DNA from: Candidatus Izemoplasmatales bacterium | GTDB lineage: Bacteria > Bacillota_I > Bacilli_A > Izemoplasmatales > Hujiaoplasmataceae | Assembly: GCA_050177605.1 (NCBI GenBank) | Contig: JBFXGX010000004.1 | Coordinates: 24,479 to 88,478 of the forward strand | Direction: 5' to 3' | DNA length: 64,000 bases | Shown here: in pieces, positions 51,172 to 61,697 of the stretch | Numbering within the stretch: the stretch's first letter is position 1 | How the letters are laid out: every line of letters starts with the position of its first letter | Made by a program: the position numbers and the translations under genes | The notes under the pieces: generated by a model | Database searches by the model: none | What the model was told of the DNA's origin: nothing | The model's input: only the letters and a program-made list of their open reading frames with translations

Positions 51172-54100
51172 ATGGAGTTGCTAGATAACAAGACAAAATT
51201 ACTAGGTGATGATCTGCGAAAAGAGATATTACCAGGGAGTAAAGTCAAAATAGTTGCTTCTTTTTTCTCGATTTACGCATATGAGACTTTAAAGAAAGAA
51301 CTCGAATCTGTTGAAGAACTTGAGTTTATTTTTCCTGCACCTACATTTGTAAATGATGGTATCAAAGGCACGATTAAAAAGGAAGCAAAAGAATTCTACA
51401 TTCCTAAACAAATTCGAGAAAGTTCATTGTATGGAACAGAGTTTGAAATACGACTAAGAAATCAACTTACTCAGCGGGTAATTGCTAGAGAATGTGCTGA
51501 ATGGATAAAGAATAAAGTCAAGTTCAAATCTAACATTACACCGAGAGGTTTACAGAATTTTATCTACATAGATAATCTGAAAAAGAAAATTGCATATACT
51601 CCTATTGAAGGATTCACGGCTGTTGACCTGGGTTATGAACAGAATAATATGTATTTTCAAGGTATTATGAAGCAAGATGACGATAATTATTCTTCTTTCT
51701 TCTTTAGTCAGTTTAAGTCCTTGTGGAATGACGACAGTAAATTGGAAGATGTGACCGAATCAATAGTTGAATATATTTCAACAGCGTATAAAGAGAATTC
51801 TCCAGAATTTATTTATTTCGTTACTCTATATAATATCTTTGCTGAATTTCTTCAGGATTCTATGTTTGAAGATACATTTCCTAATGAGTTGACTGGTTAT
51901 CAAAACTCATTAATTTGGAAAAAACTATATTCATTCCAAAAAGATGGAGCTATAGGTATAATCAATAAATTAGAAAAGTACAATGGTTGCATATTGGCTG
52001 ATTCTGTTGGATTGGGAAAAACATTTACAGCGCTTGCTGTAATGAAGTATTATTCATCAAGAAACAAAAATATATTAGTGTTAACACCAAAGAAATTGGC
52101 TGATAACTGGAACCGATATAAAAACAATACAAAAACAAACCTATTCTTCAATGATCATATTCGCTTTGATGTTCTATATCATACGGATTTAGGTAGAAGT
52201 AGAGGGTATAGTAATGGAATCAATCTGCAGAATTTTAATTGGGATAACTATGATTTAGTAGTAATTGATGAATCACATAACTTCAGAAATAATCCTCAAT
52301 ATCGAGATAAAGACACAAGATATTCTTTCTTGCTTAATAAGGTTATAAAAAATGGTGTTAAGTCAAAAGTGTTGATGCTTTCTGCCACACCGGTTAACAA
52401 TAGATTTACAGATTTGAAAAATCAAATCGCTCTAGCTTATGGTGATGATCCAGATGAGTTTAATGAAAAACTAGACACAAAAAACAGTGTTAGTGTCATT
52501 TTGGCTCAAGCTCAAAGAGCATTTAATGATTGGACCAAACTGCCCAAAAGCGAGCGTAATGCGAAACAGTTGATGAAATCATTGGATCTTGATTTTTCTA
52601 TATTGCTTGATAATGTGACAATCGCTAGAAGTAGAAAACACGTGACCAAGTACTATGATGTTTCAGAAATAGGTGATTTTCCAAAAAGATTGCATCCAAA
52701 ATCATTTTACACTGATATTGCATCTAATGAAGATACGATTGGATACAAAGCGATATATGAAGAATTGATGAACTTAACAATGGGGGTGTACGCACCAACA
52801 GCATATATACAACCGTCAAAGTTATCAAAATACGAAAAGTTATACGATATTGATGTGGTTGGAAAACCGACACTAAGACAGTATAATCGTGAAAAAGCAC
52901 TACAAAGATTAATGACGATCAATATGCTCAAGAGATTAGAATCTTGTGTGGATTCTTTTAGAATAACAATTTTAAATGTAAAGTCAGCTTCTGATAAAAC
53001 AATGGCTTTAATTGAAGATTTCGAACATAATGATAATTTTAATCCAACTCATGAATTTGACAATATAGATATCGATGATTTTGATGATGAAGATTTTGAT
53101 ATGTATGAAAGTGGGACCATAGGCAAGATAAAAATCGACTTTCGCGACATGGACTTAAGGCGTTATAAAGCTGACTTGAATCGTGATATTCAAGTCCTTG
53201 AGACACTGTACGACATAATGTGTTATATAACACCGGAGAAAGACTTAAAACTGCAAAAATTAATTGAGGAAGTCTCAAAGAAAATTGAAAATCCAATCAA
53301 CGATGGAAACAAGAAAGTTCTTATTTTCTCTGCCTTCACTGATACGACAAACTATCTTTACAAGCACTTATCTAGACATGTAAAAGATAAATATGGTTTG
53401 GAGTCAGCTAGAATTCAAGGTAATTCAAACGGTAATGCTGCAACAATTCCTGGTAGCAGGGACACCGATCGATTACTTACCATGTTTTCACCTATCTCAA
53501 AAGAACGCGATTTGATCTATACGGATGAAAAGTACAATATAGATTTGTTGGTAGCTACTGACTGTGTATCAGAAGGGCAGAACCTTCAAGACTGTGATAC
53601 ATGCATCAACTATGATATTCATTGGAACCCAGTAAGAATCGTTCAAAGGTTTGGTCGAATTGATCGAATTGGAAGTAAGAATAAACTTGTCCAGCTAATG
53701 AATTTCTGGCCAAACATCTCACTTGATGAATACATTAAATTGAATTCAAGAGTTGAAAATCGAATGGTATTGGTTGATGCTACAGCTACGGCTGATGATA
53801 ATATACTTACTCAGGAACAAATAGATCTCGATTATCGAGCAGTCCAACTCAAAAAATTGCAAGAAGGCTCATTGCAAGATCTGGAAGATGTAGACGGTCA
53901 AATAACAATTACTGATTTAGGACTTAATGAATTTAAGATGGATATGATCCAGTATGTTAATACTCATGGAGAGCCATCAAATATTCCAAATGGATTATAC
54001 GCTGTTGTTGAAGAGGATATTGAAAAAAATATCCATAAAGGAACAATCTTCGTATTGAGAAATCGAGATGAGGGCATTAATATTGAAAAGCAAAATAGAC

Positions 54101-54435
54101 TACATCCGTATTACTTACTATATTTGAAAGAAAACGGAGATGTTTTTGTTGATCATACTGACCCTAAGTTAATCCTTGATATATTGAGAACCACATGTAA
54201 ACATCAATTAGTACCAATTAAGGAATTGTGTGCAAAGATGAATCAAGAAACTCTTGATGGGTATAAGATGGATAAATATTCAGTATTATTAAAAGAAGCA
54301 GTAAAAGTAATTGTACACAAAGAAGAACAAACTGATCTAGCCTCCATTTTTCTGAAAGGTAGCGAAGTTTTATTTGGAAACAATATTTCTGGAATCGATG
54401 ATTTTGAGCTGATTACGTTTGTGGTGGTGAAATAA
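51172..54435 (+). CDS. SNF2-family helicase associated with type III R-M
   Basis: LADSVGLGKT, IDESHNFRN, LSATPVNN, SEGQNLQ, QRFGRIDRIG. Confidence 0.88.
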   Translation: MELLDNKTKLLGDDLRKEILPGSKVKIVASFFSIYAYETLKKELESVEELEFIFPAPTFVNDGIKGTIKKEAKEFYIPKQIRESSLYGTEFEIRLRNQLTQRVIARECAEWIKNKVKFKSNITPRGLQNFIYIDNLKKKIAYTPIEGFTAVDLGYEQNNMYFQGIMKQDDDNYSSFFFSQFKSLWNDDSKLEDVTESIVEYISTAYKENSPEFIYFVTLYNIFAEFLQDSMFEDTFPNELTGYQNSLIWKKLYSFQKDGAIGIINKLEKYNGCILADSVGLGKTFTALAVMKYYSSRNKNILVLTPKKLADNWNRYKNNTKTNLFFNDHIRFDVLYHTDLGRSRGYSNGINLQNFNWDNYDLVVIDESHNFRNNPQYRDKDTRYSFLLNKVIKNGVKSKVLMLSATPVNNRFTDLKNQIALAYGDDPDEFNEKLDTKNSVSVILAQAQRAFNDWTKLPKSERNAKQLMKSLDLDFSILLDNVTIARSRKHVTKYYDVSEIGDFPKRLHPKSFYTDIASNEDTIGYKAIYEELMNLTMGVYAPTAYIQPSKLSKYEKLYDIDVVGKPTLRQYNREKALQRLMTINMLKRLESCVDSFRITILNVKSASDKTMALIEDFEHNDNFNPTHEFDNIDIDDFDDEDFDMYESGTIGKIKIDFRDMDLRRYKADLNRDIQVLETLYDIMCYITPEKDLKLQKLIEEVSKKIENPINDGNKKVLIFSAFTDTTNYLYKHLSRHVKDKYGLESARIQGNSNGNAATIPGSRDTDRLLTMFSPISKERDLIYTDEKYNIDLLVATDCVSEGQNLQDCDTCINYDIHWNPVRIVQRFGRIDRIGSKNKLVQLMNFWPNISLDEYIKLNSRVENRMVLVDATATADDNILTQEQIDLDYRAVQLKKLQEGSLQDLEDVDGQITITDLGLNEFKMDMIQYVNTHGEPSNIPNGLYAVVEEDIEKNIHKGTIFVLRNRDEGINIEKQNRLHPYYLLYLKENGDVFVDHTDPKLILDILRTTCKHQLVPIKELCAKMNQETLDGYKMDKYSVLLKEAVKVIVHKEEQTDLASIFLKGSEVLFGNNISGIDDFELITFVVVK

Positions 54436-55088
54436 TGTTTAATTTTTCAAGTAAAACATATGTCGGTAAAGAGTATAAAGTATCTGATTTTCTATTTCAG
54501 ATAAAAGCTTCGAAAGAAGTAAGAGATGATGCAAAAAAAATCGAAAGTATCGCTTTCGAGAATGTGATTAGTGCTCAATCTTTGAATACGGTAGAAGATA
54601 AGGAATTTAAGAATATTTATGTTATTTATTTCGTTCTTAAAGAGCGAGTAATACCAAGACTTTTTATTGAGGAACTTGATAAAAATATTGCGTTTCACAC
54701 CTATTTTATTTTTGAATATAAAGATGAATTAGCTACAATGATTGCCTATAAAGAAATAGGTTCAACAACCAAAATCAACAGCAAATACTATATTAGTGAT
54801 TTCAAGAAGCAGCAGTTGATAGATATTCCAATGATCAACAATGTTAAGGAAATGTACAAATTCATACTGAGTTATGAAATCGGAATAATTGCCCGAGATA
54901 ATGAATCACCAGGCGAATATATCACACGAGTAAAAGCAATCAATAAAATAAATTTCCAAATTTCAAAAACGGAAAATGGGATCATTTATGAAACTCAACC
55001 AAAGAAGAAATTCGAGTACAATGAAAGACTAAGAAAATATAAAAAAGAAAAAGAAGAACTAATGAGAATGGAGAAAAATAATGGCTGA
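54435..55088 (+). CDS. DUF4391-like protein
   Basis: Position between the SNF2 and mod genes; C-terminal ETQPKKKFEYN coiled-coil pattern. Confidence 0.7.
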   Translation: MFNFSSKTYVGKEYKVSDFLFQIKASKEVRDDAKKIESIAFENVISAQSLNTVEDKEFKNIYVIYFVLKERVIPRLFIEELDKNIAFHTYFIFEYKDELATMIAYKEIGSTTKINSKYYISDFKKQQLIDIPMINNVKEMYKFILSYEIGIIARDNESPGEYITRVKAINKINFQISKTENGIIYETQPKKKFEYNERLRKYKKEKEELMRMEKNNG

Positions 55089-57006
55089 AAAATTAGAAAT
55101 GATGAGTAGCAATATCATACAAGAAAACATTGATTACATTGCTAATAAATTTCCTAATGCACTAAAAGAAGTAATAGAAAATGGTGAATTAGTGAAAAAA
55201 ATCGACTTTGATGTCTTAAAACAAGAACTTTCAACGGAGGTAATTGATGATAAACAAGAAAGATATCAAATGACTTGGCCAGACAAGAAGAAGTCCATTC
55301 TTTTAGCAAACAGTAGGATTAATGCTACTTTACGTCCAGTAATAGAGAAATCAGTTGATTTCGATAATACAAAAAACCTTTACATAGAAGGCGATAATCT
55401 AGATGTTCTCAAACTTTTAAGAGAAACATATCTAGGAAAAGTTAAAATGATTTATATTGATCCGCCATATAATACTGGGAATGATTTTGTGTATGAGGAT
55501 AATTTTACACAAACCACTGATGAATACCTAGAGAACAGTGGTCAATTTGATCAACAAGGAAATAGATTATTTCAAAACACAGATTCTAATGGGAGATTTC
55601 ATACAGATTGGTTGAATATGATGTATGCAAGACTTAAAATTGCAAAAGATTTGTTATCGGATGATGGTGCCTTTTTTATTAGTATAGACGATAATGAACA
55701 GGAAAATTTGAAAAAAATAATGAATGAGATTTTTGGTGATCATAATTTTGTCACTCAATTTGTTTGGGAAAAAAAGAAAAAACCTTCATTTCTCAATAAC
55801 AATATTGGATCAAAATTTGAATACATTTTAGTATTTGCAAAAAACAGAAGTATGTTGAAAGCGATGAGTGTCGAATTGACTACGATTGGTAAAAAGTTTC
55901 CATTAAATAACGCAGGGAATTCAATGAAGATACTAACATTTCCTGCTGGTTCAGTTGATTTTACTGATAAAAGAATTAAGTACACTCCATGTGATATGTC
56001 TGAGGGAAAAATAAAAACTATTCTTTTGGATGAAGTTATAGTCGAAAATCATAAAAATATCAATAGTTTCAGATTGGAAGGTGAGTGGAGATACTCACAA
56101 GAAAAATTAGACGAGATTATAGCTAATGGCGAACGAATTACTATTTCTAAAAATCCTTTTAGACCAAACCACGAAAAAGCTGGTGGTGAAATTAAGAAGA
56201 TGCACAATCTCCTTACTTTAAATAACTATGATGTTGGAAGTAATGAAGATGCTGATGCAGAACAAAGGATTTTGTTTGATGGGATTAATTATTTTGATTA
56301 TGCCAAACCAGCCTCACTAATTAGTTTGCTAGTAAAATCAATAACATATGACGATAATGATATTACAGTGTTAGATTTTTTTTCAGGATCAGCTACAACT
56401 GCACATTCATTAATGCAACTAAATAATGAAGACACAGGCAATAGAAAATTTATTATGATTCAACTCCCTGAACATACCGGAGAAAAAAGTTTGGCATTTC
56501 AAGCAGGATTTGAGACAATTTGCGATATCGGTGAAGAGCGTATTAGAAGAGCTGGTAAGAAAATCAAAGAAAATTCGGGGATGCTAAACAGCAATCTTGA
56601 TATTGGATTTCGAGTTCTAAAGCTAGATTCTTCTAATATGAATGAAGTATATTACAACCCAAATAAACTTAACCAAAACATACTAGATCAATTAGTAGGA
56701 AACGTTAAAGAAGATAGAACCCCACTTGATTTGTTATTTCAAGTGATGCTTGAACTTGGTATTGAATTGTCTGCGAAAATAGAAGAAAAAGATCTACAAG
56801 GTAAAAAGTATTTTATTGTAAATGAAAATGATATTGTTGCTTGTTTTGATGATGGAATTAATGATGATTTAGTTAAAGAACTTGCGAAAATAAAATCTAT
56901 ATATGCAGTATTCAAAGATTCTGCATTTGAGAGTGATGCAGCTAATATTAATTGTGAGCAAATCTTTAAATCTATCTCTCCATCAACAACAATAAAGGTG
57001 GTTTAA
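55081..57006 (+). CDS. mod: Type III R-M N6-adenine methyltransferase (Mod)
   Basis: IEGDNL, IYIDPPYNTG, SIDDNE, VLDFFSGSATT. Confidence 0.92.
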   Translation: MAEKLEMMSSNIIQENIDYIANKFPNALKEVIENGELVKKIDFDVLKQELSTEVIDDKQERYQMTWPDKKKSILLANSRINATLRPVIEKSVDFDNTKNLYIEGDNLDVLKLLRETYLGKVKMIYIDPPYNTGNDFVYEDNFTQTTDEYLENSGQFDQQGNRLFQNTDSNGRFHTDWLNMMYARLKIAKDLLSDDGAFFISIDDNEQENLKKIMNEIFGDHNFVTQFVWEKKKKPSFLNNNIGSKFEYILVFAKNRSMLKAMSVELTTIGKKFPLNNAGNSMKILTFPAGSVDFTDKRIKYTPCDMSEGKIKTILLDEVIVENHKNINSFRLEGEWRYSQEKLDEIIANGERITISKNPFRPNHEKAGGEIKKMHNLLTLNNYDVGSNEDADAEQRILFDGINYFDYAKPASLISLLVKSITYDDNDITVLDFFSGSATTAHSLMQLNNEDTGNRKFIMIQLPEHTGEKSLAFQAGFETICDIGEERIRRAGKKIKENSGMLNSNLDIGFRVLKLDSSNMNEVYYNPNKLNQNILDQLVGNVKEDRTPLDLLFQVMLELGIELSAKIEEKDLQGKKYFIVNENDIVACFDDGINDDLVKELAKIKSIYAVFKDSAFESDAANINCEQIFKSISPSTTIKVV

Positions 57007-57008
57007 AT

Positions 57009-60000
57009 ATGAAATTCAGGTTTAAAACACAACAATATCAAGTCGATGCTGTCAATGCAATTGTTGACGTATTTAAAGGACAACCATTAATTGGCTTTGA
57101 AGAGTATACCAGAGATTTAGGTGTATCAAATCAGCCTAAAGAACGACAGATTTCTATGTTTGATTCTGATGGAAATACACCATCCTTACTAGATGATACA
57201 GATGATATTGGATATTCAAATGCATCTATTAAAATATCTGATGAAAAGCTCTTGAGTAATATTCGTGACATACAAACGAAAACTAATTTGATGGAGTCAC
57301 GTCAATTGATCAACTCTTTGGGAACTGTATCTCTTGATGTTGAAATGGAGACTGGAACAGGAAAAACATATGTTTATACACGAACCATTTTTGAGCTTAA
57401 CAAGAGATATGGATGGAGTAAGTTTATAGTTGTCGTTCCCTCTATTGCCATTCGCGAAGGTGTACATAAATCACTAGAACAAACACAAGAACACTTTATG
57501 GACTTATATGGGAAAAAGATTCGATTTTTCATATATAACTCTAGTAACTTAGGATTGGTAGATCAGTTTAGTAAAGACAGTTCAATTAACGTTATGATTA
57601 TTAATATCCAAGCGTTTAATACAAGAGCAAAAGCAACTAGGATAATCTACGAAGTACAAGATGATTTTAATACAAGAAGACCAATTGACGTTATAGCAAA
57701 AAATAGACCTATTTTAATATTAGATGAACCACAAAAAATGGGTGGTGACGCCACTCAAGAATCTCTATATAATTTCAATCCATTGTTTGCCATAAATTAT
57801 TCAGCAACCCATCGTATTCAACATAACTTGGTACATGTACTAGATGCGCTAGATGCCTATAATCAAAAATTAGTTAAAAAAATTGAAGTCAAAGGATTTC
57901 AAATAAAGAATCTAAGAGGAACCAATGGATACCTTTATTTACAAAAAATAGCTGTTTCAACCAACAAGCCACCAAGAGCATTGATTGAAATCGAAATCGA
58001 CTATAATAAGTCTATTAATAGAGAAACACGGTGGTTTGATGTTGGCGATAATCTATACAATACTTCAAAGAATATGAATCAATATCAAAATGGATTCACT
58101 GTTTCGGAGATAAATCCAATCAATAATACAGTCACATTTCTAAACGGTGATGTTCTTTCAGTTGGAAACTCGACTGGGGATGTCGCTGAAAATGATATTA
58201 GAAGAATTCAAATCCGAGAGACAATTCTTTCTCATTTCGATAAAGAAGAAGAGTTGTTTGAAAGAGGAATTAAAGTTTTATCGCTTTTCTTTATTGATGA
58301 AGTTGCAAAGTATCGTGAATATGATGAAGATGGCAATCAAACCCTCGGAATTTATGGAAGAATTTTCGAAGAAGAATACATTAAAGCATTCAATGCACGA
58401 GGGCTTCTTTTAGACACGCCTTATGATAAATATTTAAAGTCTATCGAACCATCATCTACACACAATGGTTACTTCTCTATTGATAAAAAGGGACGTTCTA
58501 TTGATTCTCCTGTAAAAAGAAATAGTGATGAATCGGATGATATTTCAGCATATGATCTAATTCTGAAAGATAAGGAACGATTGCTTTCATTTGAAGAGCC
58601 AACACGCTTCATTTTTTCACATTCTGCTTTGAGAGAGGGTTGGGACAACCCAAACGTATTTCAAATATGCACATTAAAATATTCTGCGAATGATGTTCAA
58701 AGACATCAAGAAGTCGGTAGAGGTCTGAGAATCTGCGTAAACAAAGATGGTGAAAGAATGGATTCAACGATACCAAATCTAAGATTTCACCAAATTAATA
58801 AGCTGACTGTCATTGCTAATGAATCATATGATGATTTTGTTCGTGGACTACAAAGTCAAATAAGAGAAAATCTTTTTGATAGACCTACAAGTCTTAATGA
58901 AGCTTACTTTGTCAACAAATCAATTAAGACTAATGGCAATGATTCAGTAGTGAGCGTATCTACAAATCAAGCAAGACAAATATATTTCTATTTGGTATCA
59001 AACCAATATGTTGACATGGATGGCAAGGTGACAGATAATTATAAAAATGACATTGAGAATAATACTCTTAAACCACTTCCAGAAGCATTGCAACACATTT
59101 CAAATGGCATTCACACATTGGTTCAAAGAGTCTATGATAACTCTGTCGGTATGGACATCGAAAATGCAAATGCAACTAAAGTTGAAACGAATTCGTTGAA
59201 TGATAATTTCTATAAACAAGAATTTAAAGAATTGTGGAATTGCATCAATCATAAATATGCATATACAGTTCAATTCGATTCAGATGAATTAATCAAGAAT
59301 GCTGTTTTAGCAATTGATCAAGAACTAAGTGTCACACGTTTAATTTATACAGTTGCAACCGGTGAACAAAAAAATGATATGGAAAGAGAAGATATAGATA
59401 AAGGGCAATCGTTCAAGGTTGCAAAAACAAGAAGTGATACGATTAACTCTTTTGCTAGTGATAGTATCGAATATGATTTAATAGGCAAAATAAGAGAAAA
59501 AACTCAACTCACACGAAAATCTGTTGCTGAAATCTTGAAACGAATTAATCATGTGAAGTTCATGATGTTTAAAATCAATCCTGAAGAGTTTATTAAAAAA
59601 GTATCGAACATTATTAATGAGCAAAAGTCTACAATGATTGTTCAACATGTTACTTATAATAAAACACAAGAAGCACCATTCGATAGCGAAATATTTACGC
59701 AAGAAAAATCAAAAGCAGAGTTCATTAAAGCATTTAAGTCAAAGAAAAATGTACAAGACTATGTGTTCGAAGATTCTAAAGGTGAACGTAAATTTGCTGA
59801 AGAACTAGATAATGCTGATGAAGTCGTTGTTTATGCGAAACTTCCTAAAGGATTCTATATACCAACACCGGTAGGCAACTATTCACCAGACTGGGCAATA
59901 TCATTCAAAAAAGAAGCTGTTAAGCACGTATATTTCATCGCTGAAACGAAAGGTAGCCTTGATAATTTACAACTTAGAAAAATCGAGAGTGCAAAAATAG

Positions 60001-60098
60001 AGTGCGCTGCAAAACTTTTTGAATCCATGTCTAATAGCAATGTTAAGTATGGTAAGGTTACCAAGTATGAAGATCTGCTTAGTTTAATAAAGGAATAG
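57009..60098 (+). CDS. res: Type III R-M restriction subunit (Res)
   Basis: EMETGTGKT, ILDEPQ, SALREGWDNPNVFQIC, GRGLR, YSPDWA...AETKG (PD-(D/E)xK). Confidence 0.92.
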   Translation: MKFRFKTQQYQVDAVNAIVDVFKGQPLIGFEEYTRDLGVSNQPKERQISMFDSDGNTPSLLDDTDDIGYSNASIKISDEKLLSNIRDIQTKTNLMESRQLINSLGTVSLDVEMETGTGKTYVYTRTIFELNKRYGWSKFIVVVPSIAIREGVHKSLEQTQEHFMDLYGKKIRFFIYNSSNLGLVDQFSKDSSINVMIINIQAFNTRAKATRIIYEVQDDFNTRRPIDVIAKNRPILILDEPQKMGGDATQESLYNFNPLFAINYSATHRIQHNLVHVLDALDAYNQKLVKKIEVKGFQIKNLRGTNGYLYLQKIAVSTNKPPRALIEIEIDYNKSINRETRWFDVGDNLYNTSKNMNQYQNGFTVSEINPINNTVTFLNGDVLSVGNSTGDVAENDIRRIQIRETILSHFDKEEELFERGIKVLSLFFIDEVAKYREYDEDGNQTLGIYGRIFEEEYIKAFNARGLLLDTPYDKYLKSIEPSSTHNGYFSIDKKGRSIDSPVKRNSDESDDISAYDLILKDKERLLSFEEPTRFIFSHSALREGWDNPNVFQICTLKYSANDVQRHQEVGRGLRICVNKDGERMDSTIPNLRFHQINKLTVIANESYDDFVRGLQSQIRENLFDRPTSLNEAYFVNKSIKTNGNDSVVSVSTNQARQIYFYLVSNQYVDMDGKVTDNYKNDIENNTLKPLPEALQHISNGIHTLVQRVYDNSVGMDIENANATKVETNSLNDNFYKQEFKELWNCINHKYAYTVQFDSDELIKNAVLAIDQELSVTRLIYTVATGEQKNDMEREDIDKGQSFKVAKTRSDTINSFASDSIEYDLIGKIREKTQLTRKSVAEILKRINHVKFMMFKINPEEFIKKVSNIINEQKSTMIVQHVTYNKTQEAPFDSEIFTQEKSKAEFIKAFKSKKNVQDYVFEDSKGERKFAEELDNADEVVVYAKLPKGFYIPTPVGNYSPDWAISFKKEAVKHVYFIAETKGSLDNLQLRKIESAKIECAAKLFESMSNSNVKYGKVTKYEDLLSLIKE

Positions 60099-60101
60099 AA
60101 A

Positions 60102-60971
60102 ATGAAACGGATAATCACTGAGCCTGTACAAATACAAAGTAAAGATGGAAGAGTTATCGGAGAATATCTTTCTGATGGAAAAGTCAAGGTCTTTAAGGGA
60201 TCGTTTTTTAGAAATGTTGAAGTAAACTCTATTAGACAAAACGTGAGAAATGAAAGATTGTTTTTATTAAATAATGACTTTATAAGTAATAGTCAACTTT
60301 CAAAAGATTATGTATTTGAGAATCCAAGTTTAGCTATCTCAACACTTATGGGCCATATGGAAACCGGTAACCAGGCATTTGTAACTATGGATAATATCGA
60401 ACTTGGTTCTTATTTGGAGACAGATAGCATAAGCGCTTATGAACAACACACGAAATTAGCTACACTTTTGGAGACAATCAATCAGTCTAGAACAAATAAC
60501 GATGCACAGGTAAAGCTAATCGATGAAGATGATAATGCTGGTTCTATATCAACAAACGATATAGTTTCAATAACAACTGTTGAACCAGAATATATACCTT
60601 TAATTAAGCCCGAAAAGATTTTTGGAGATAAAGTCGCATATAAGCGAAAAATAGAAAAGGCAAAAAAATGTATTATTTTTTCAAATTTCAAATGTGATCT
60701 GGATAATGATCATGTATCTTTCACTTCAAAAAATGATAAACCCTATATGGAAGCCCATCACTTGGTTCCATTGAGCACTCAAGATTATTTTGATAACAGT
60801 CTTGATGTTGATGCCAATATTGTTTGTTTATGTCCGAATTGTCACAGGAAATTGCATTATGGAAAAGATATTCAATTCGATTTAAAAAAATTGTATGATT
60901 CAAGAGTTGAGTATTTAAATAAATCAGGTATTCATATATCTTTTGATGAACTGTATGAATTATATCAATAA
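60102..60971 (+). CDS. DUF4357-like domain plus HNH endonuclease (possible modification-dependent restriction)
   Basis: KVFKGS...DYVFENPSLA N-terminal domain; EAHHLVP...NIVCLCPNCHRKLH. Confidence 0.8.
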   Translation: MKRIITEPVQIQSKDGRVIGEYLSDGKVKVFKGSFFRNVEVNSIRQNVRNERLFLLNNDFISNSQLSKDYVFENPSLAISTLMGHMETGNQAFVTMDNIELGSYLETDSISAYEQHTKLATLLETINQSRTNNDAQVKLIDEDDNAGSISTNDIVSITTVEPEYIPLIKPEKIFGDKVAYKRKIEKAKKCIIFSNFKCDLDNDHVSFTSKNDKPYMEAHHLVPLSTQDYFDNSLDVDANIVCLCPNCHRKLHYGKDIQFDLKKLYDSRVEYLNKSGIHISFDELYELYQ

Positions 60972-61008
60972 ATTCGTTTTGCATTTTTTATGCACATAGA
61001 CTCATTAG

Positions 61009-61041
61009 AAAATATCCTATATAACAAGGGGTATTTTTTTT
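61009..61041 (+). terminator. Intrinsic terminator after the R-M/HNH operon
   Basis: AAAATATCCT...AGGGGTATTTT plus T run. Confidence 0.7.
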
Positions 61042-61240
61042 GGTCGGCTTTATACGTTATAGGGTAAACAGTTTGCATCATTTTTGCAGAGGTATTTGGA
61101 GTATAATGATGATAGTCACATCCATTTTGGACAAATTTGCCATTTATAATTGATGTATAAAGTGATATAATGACAATTAATAGGCTAATAATTCATGTTT
61201 AAAGCCATGTATTTGAAATTTACAGTAGAAAGGATACAAT

Positions 61241-61687
61241 ATGAAAAAATGTCCAAAATGTAATGAAATCATTAGTGATTCAGCTCGTTTTTGCCCCACA
61301 TGTGGGCGCCGATTTGATTCAAACGAAACTGCTTTTTCTAATGAAGATATAATCACACAGAAAACGCAATACACCTATCCATCAATTCAATTGGGTACTT
61401 CAAATACACAGGCTCGTAAAATTACCAACAACGATGATTCTGTAAATAATGTAACCAAGAGCAAAATTCCTAGTTATCAATTTTGGTTAATTGTACCTAG
61501 TGCTTTTTTGAATTGGCTAATCTTTGTTCCAATTATCGGTATCATTTTTTCATATATTGCATATTCGAAGATTGATGAGATTAAATCAGAATGCGTCGAT
61601 GTAGGGTCCATGAAAGGCTGGACTATTTTTGCCATTATAGTTCACCTGATTTTTTTGATTGCCGGCGCGATAGGAAACTATAACTAG
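61241..61687 (+). CDS. Zinc-ribbon membrane protein
   Basis: CPKC...FCPTCG; C-terminal TM helices. Confidence 0.8.
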   Translation: MKKCPKCNEIISDSARFCPTCGRRFDSNETAFSNEDIITQKTQYTYPSIQLGTSNTQARKITNNDDSVNNVTKSKIPSYQFWLIVPSAFLNWLIFVPIIGIIFSYIAYSKIDEIKSECVDVGSMKGWTIFAIIVHLIFLIAGAIGNYN

Positions 61688-61697
61688 AGGAGGATAT

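Noticed and set aside
55081..57006. Phase-variable mod gene (phasevarion)
   Set aside because: No simple-sequence-repeat tract beyond ordinary short A runs was seen; the ORF is intact.
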